A DNA stretch of 64,000 nucleotides from the human T2T-CHM13v2.0 reference genome, Homo sapiens. The notes under the pieces are model-generated. The model searched no databases, was not told the DNA's origin, and was given only the letters and a program-made list of their open reading frames with translations. This document shows, piece by piece, positions 59,196-64,000 of the stretch. The stretch lies in assembly GCF_009914755.1 (NCBI RefSeq), contig NC_060948.1, one strand, 5' to 3'. The position numbers were made by a program, and so were the translations under genes. Each line of letters begins with the position of its first letter. The first letter of the stretch is position 1.

Positions 59196-62100
59196 TTTTA
59201 TATAAATTTTAGGATTATTTTCTATCTTTGTGAGGAATGTCATTGTTATTTTAATAGAGATTTCATTGAATTTGTAGATTGCTTTCGGTATTATGGACAT
59301 TCTAACAATGTTGATTCCTCCAATCCAAGAATGTGGTATATCTTTGCAATTGTTGGTATCCTCTTCAATTTCTTTCATTAGTGTTTTATAATTGTACTTA
59401 GAGAGATCTTTTAATTCTTCATGTAAGCTAATTTCTAAGAATTTAGTTTTATTTTTTGTGATCATAAATTGAATTACATTTGATTTCCTTTTCAGATTGT
59501 TCACAATTGCCATATATAAATGCTACAGATTTTTGCATATTGATTTTATATCTGTGATTTTACTAGATTTGTTATCACTTCTAGTAGTTTCTTGGTGGAG
59601 TCTTTAGGTTTTTCCAAGTATGAGATCATACTATCTGCAAATAAGAACAATTTGAATTATTTATTTTTAATTTGAAAGCCATTTATTCCTATCTCTTGTT
59701 TGTTGGCTCTAGGTAATACTTCCAGTGCTACGTGGAAGAACAGTGGTGAAGGTGGGCATTCTTTTCATGTTTCAGATCTTAAAGGAAAGCTTTCAGTTTT
59801 TTCCCATTCAGTATGATAATAGCTGTGGGTCTGTCATATATGGCTTTTATTAGGTTGAGGTATATTATCTCTGTGTCCACTGTTTTCAGGGTTTTATTAT
59901 GAAGGGATATTTAATGTTATCAAATGCCTTTTCAGCATCAATTGAAATGTTCATATAACTTTTGTGCTTCATTTTGATGATGATTTATCACATTGATTTG
60001 TGCATGTTGAACCATCCTTGCATCGCAGTGACAAATCCCACTAGGGTATGATGAATGATCTTTTAAATATATTGTTGAATTATATTTGCTACTATTTTCT
60101 TGAGGATTTTTGCATCAATATTCGTCAGGGATATTTGTCTGTAGTTTTATTTTGTGGACGTGTCTTTGGTTTTTGTATTAGGGTAATACTAGCCTCATAA
60201 AAGGAGGTTGGAAGTATTTTCTCCCCCTCTAACTTTCAAAATTACTTGAATATGATTGGTATTACATCTTCATTAAATGTTTGGTGGAATTCTGCAGTGA
60301 AGCTATCATGTCCTGGGTTTTTCTTTACTGGGATAATTTTTATTATGGCTCTGATGTCATTACTTCTTATTGGAAAATTCAGGTTTTGGATGTCTTCATG
60401 GTTAATTATTGGTAGATTGTATGTGTCTAGGAATTTTTCCACATGTGGGGAGTACTGCCAGACTACCTCCGATGTTCCCTTATGGCCCAAAGGCTCTTCA
60501 ATCAGCTTGTGGTAAATGCTGCCTCACTTGGACTCCCCCTTTAGGGCAGTAGGTTCTCCTCTCACAAAGAGCTGGTCTAGTAATGTCTTCCAAGAGCCCA
60601 GTCCTAGAACTGAGGACTCCAATAGCCCACTTGATCCTCTACCCTTCTGTGTTTAAGCTGATATCTAAAGTGCAAGACAATGTGCCCTTTACTTTTCCTT
60701 CCATTTTTCTCAAGTGGAAGGAGTCTCTCACCTTGTATCCACCTCAGCTGGGAATATGCTAAGTCTCACCTGAAGCCTCCAAATCTGAGTCTCACCCAAG
60801 GTCTTTGATGTAGTACCTGGATATTACTGCTGGTTATTCAGGGTCCAAGGGCTCTTCAGTTAGCAAGTGACAAATGCTGGTAAAACTGCATCTTTTTCTT
60901 CATGTCAGAGGGTTCCCTTCAGACCCAGGGTGTCTAGAAATGTTATCTGGGATTGAGGTCCTGGAAAGGGAGCCTAACAACTGTGATTGGTACCCTATCC
61001 TGCTGTGGCTGAGCTGGTATTCAAGATGCAGATAAAGTCCTCCCCCCTCTTTCCTCTCCTGTCTTCAAGTAGAAGGAAGCAGTCTCTTTTGGAGCCATGA
61101 GATGTGTAGCCTGGGGTCAGAAGAGGGGCGATTCCAGCACTCTCTTAACCACCCTACCTGGCATCTCAATAGGTCATGTGTCCCTGCCCCCAGTCCACCA
61201 GCTCTGGGCCTAGTTTAGTACAGGGACTTGCCTAGGAGTTGCAGCCTTTGTGACAGAGGCTACCTTTCAAATTTATTTCAGCTCTCAGTAGTGAGGCTTG
61301 CTGGAAGTCAAGTTTGGACTACTGGGATTGGCAATTCCCCTCTGGCTAGGGCAGGCTTAAATGCTCCCTCCGTGGGCAGGTGTCAGCTAAGTTTGGTCCA
61401 GTTTTGCTTCTGCTATAACAGGGCAGCACTGAGTCAATCCCTTCCCCCACGACAACAACAACAACAAAAATGCTCTTCACACCACACTAGCACTGCCAGT
61501 GGGTGGAAAGAGGGGTGGCATTGGTGATTCAAGACTGTTTTTCCTACCTTTTCACTGTCCCTTTCAGCAATAAGTAGTTGAAACCAGGTACTTTGAGTAC
61601 TCAGCTGATTTTTGTTTCTTACAAAGGGGCTTTTTGTGTGTAGATAGTTGTTAAATTGGTGTCGTTGGGTGGGGGCCAATCAGTGGCACCTTCTATGCTG
61701 CTGCCGTCTTGCTCCCATTCTGAGTTTGCTCCGAGAATATTTAATTTCAGCTCCAAAGTAGATTGCACAACAACTAATCAAGAGAAAAAAATCTGCATTC
61801 TAAATGAATCAAACACCTTTCATTAAAATAAAAGGACTGCCAAGAACAGATTAAAATGTTGGGCCTTAGCCCAGGATAGAATTTCTATCTAGGTCAAGGA
61901 ACTCACTCTTACCGTTTCTAAGTGGGAAGAATGTGAATCCTTTAAGAAATAAAACACTTCGTAGTAAACAAACATTCTATAGATTTGAAGATACATGAAA
62001 ATAACAACTCCATTTTTGTACTTTTATTTACAAAATTAATTTAGAAGCATAATTCCTAATTCAAATAACTACTTCCTAATGTCTTCCTATATTCCATCAC

Positions 62101-62243
62101 AATAAATACCTCCAATTCCCAGGGCACAGCAAACAGCAAAAACGATAACAGTAACAAAACTAGTTATATATTAGTTGCTGTCTGTTCAAGGTTGATCAAG
62201 AAGTAGATTCTAAATTTTCCACAAAGAGGTCTCTAAAGCATAA

Positions 62244-62624
<381 letters not shown>

Positions 62625-62929
62625 TAGAAAGAAGTGCATTCATCATTATGGCTGAATTACTGCTATAATCTTTATATTCTTTTGAAACTCTTCTTTATAT
62701 TATTATATTACCTATAAAACTGCTTTTTTGTTTTTGATGCTTAGCCTATTTTTGCCTTAATTCAGCAATAATAGTTATTATGTGTATTAATTGTATAATA
62801 AATTGAAGTATACCCTACACTTTTTAGACAATATATCATAGGTGACATTGAACTTAGTTTATGTACATTTATTTAAAATGACATCTACTAACGTATGGAT
62901 TTTGAGAAAATGTTGAAAAAAGTCTATAA

Positions 62930-63010
62930 TGTCTGCTTCCTCATCTGTAAAATAAATGATTTGTAATAGATTGTCTCCAGGTGTCTTACAAAACTAAAAT
63001 TTTGTGTTCT
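62930..63010. mobile_element. MIR/MIR3 fragment
   Basis: ttcctcatctgtaaaat core. Confidence 0.5.
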
Positions 63011-63950
63011 ATAATAGACAGAAGTAAAACAAGCAGTTTCAAAGAATGTAAGAATTATACCAATACTTCAGGGAAAAAAATGTCATATCTTTTGAACAAT
63101 TCACTAGGTAAGTTACACACTTTGTGATGATAAATACCCAACTTTCTAAGGAACATACTCAGAAAACTTCAAGTGCTATGTTTTCGAGAGAATATTATAT
63201 AATTGGTGCTAGAACTGAAATAAAATAAATAGCAGTCTCAGGCAGTTTTATACGTATTACTATGTTTATTAATAAGCAGCAACCATGTCCCTTCATTTTC
63301 TTCTTATCACTGAACACAAAATGTAAGGAGAAAATCTTTGTCAAAGTTTTTGAAAAATTTTATTAACATGAAGAGGTCCTTCCCTGTTTCTGTGCTGAAC
63401 AGTACATTTCAATCAGCAACAAAAGTAAGTGGTATCTGTAATTCTGACCATGAGTTTTGTAATACTGTGTGATGACAGCTGAAATATGAGATATGGACCA
63501 TCAAGTTTGCTTAACACTGATCACAGCTGCCTTTTCAAATTCAAGAGAACCCAGCATTCTTTTGTTGTCATGAATTAATATATCAATATTAAATAAAATT
63601 AAATTTTTGTGAGAATTTCTTATCTTTTACTCTGTAGGAAATAAACAGCTGTTTTTTTTTCTATTTGAATTAACATTTTGTATTGTCTTTGTTTTCCCTT
63701 GTTATATTATATCCACTTTTAAAAATGAAAATGAGATTCTCCAGGAACTTTGACTTTAGTGGAATGAAAAATTCATCTTGTAGCTGGTTGGTAAAAAAAA
63801 AGTAAATATTAGAGGAATTAAGAATATATATGGGTTCTTTCCAATGCATGGTGCAATCCTGTCCACAGGTCTTCATTAGCAAATGGTGGTGGTATTTATC
63901 TGAATGGATAGCCAAACAGTTTATTTCCATAAAAATATCAGGGTTTTAAA

Positions 63951-63990
63951 CTGGTATAAAAAAAAGGAAGAAAAAGAAAAAAACCCCAAA
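63951..63990 (-). other. Candidate 3' splice acceptor (polypyrimidine tract plus CAG)
   Basis: Minus strand has a long T/C tract (63958-63983) followed by ataccAG|TTTAAAACCCTGA. Confidence 0.4.
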
Positions 63991-64000
63991 ACCACAGGTT

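Larger units (their letters stand above)
57695..61715 (-). mobile_element. L1MA1-3-like element with 5' UTR fused to mid-ORF2 (internal deletion)
   Basis: 3' UTR near 57700, ORF2 C-terminus ([15 protein letters not shown]), junction near 60441, 5' UTR ending gccgtcttgctcc. Confidence 0.85.

Noticed and set aside
63670-63930. 86-aa ORF as a standalone CDS
   Set aside because: No recognisable protein; the composition looks like AT-rich UTR.

Overview
AT-rich primate DNA, very probably human: it carries a near-perfect AluYa5-lineage copy. Transposable elements make up most of the window, and I found no intact protein-coding gene. The ORF track is almost entirely decayed L1, Alu, ERV and DNA-transposon sequence. 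Main contents: many old L1 pieces, about 14 Alus, and a two-LTR ERVL (MER76-like) provirus at 3982-13048 with a 5-bp TSD, PBS and protease/RT remnants. That provirus hosts four unrelated LTRs, an L1 and two Alus. The window also has Tigger2, MER47, MER58 and MER63 DNA transposons, and a Ricksha-type MULE carrying an ERVL/MLT2 fragment. The most notable structures are: a MER50 solo LTR ending in tandem tRNA-His PBS units inside its TSD; a perfect in-frame 54-bp duplication in a dead RT; a ~185-bp micro-inversion across a Tigger2/L1 junction; two twin-primed L1 inversions; a 16-nt Alu stub with a long A tail; and a possible minus-strand terminal exon at the window end. Repeat subfamily names come from my recall of consensus sequences and need RepeatMasker/Dfam confirmation. 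I found no convincing novel gene system.
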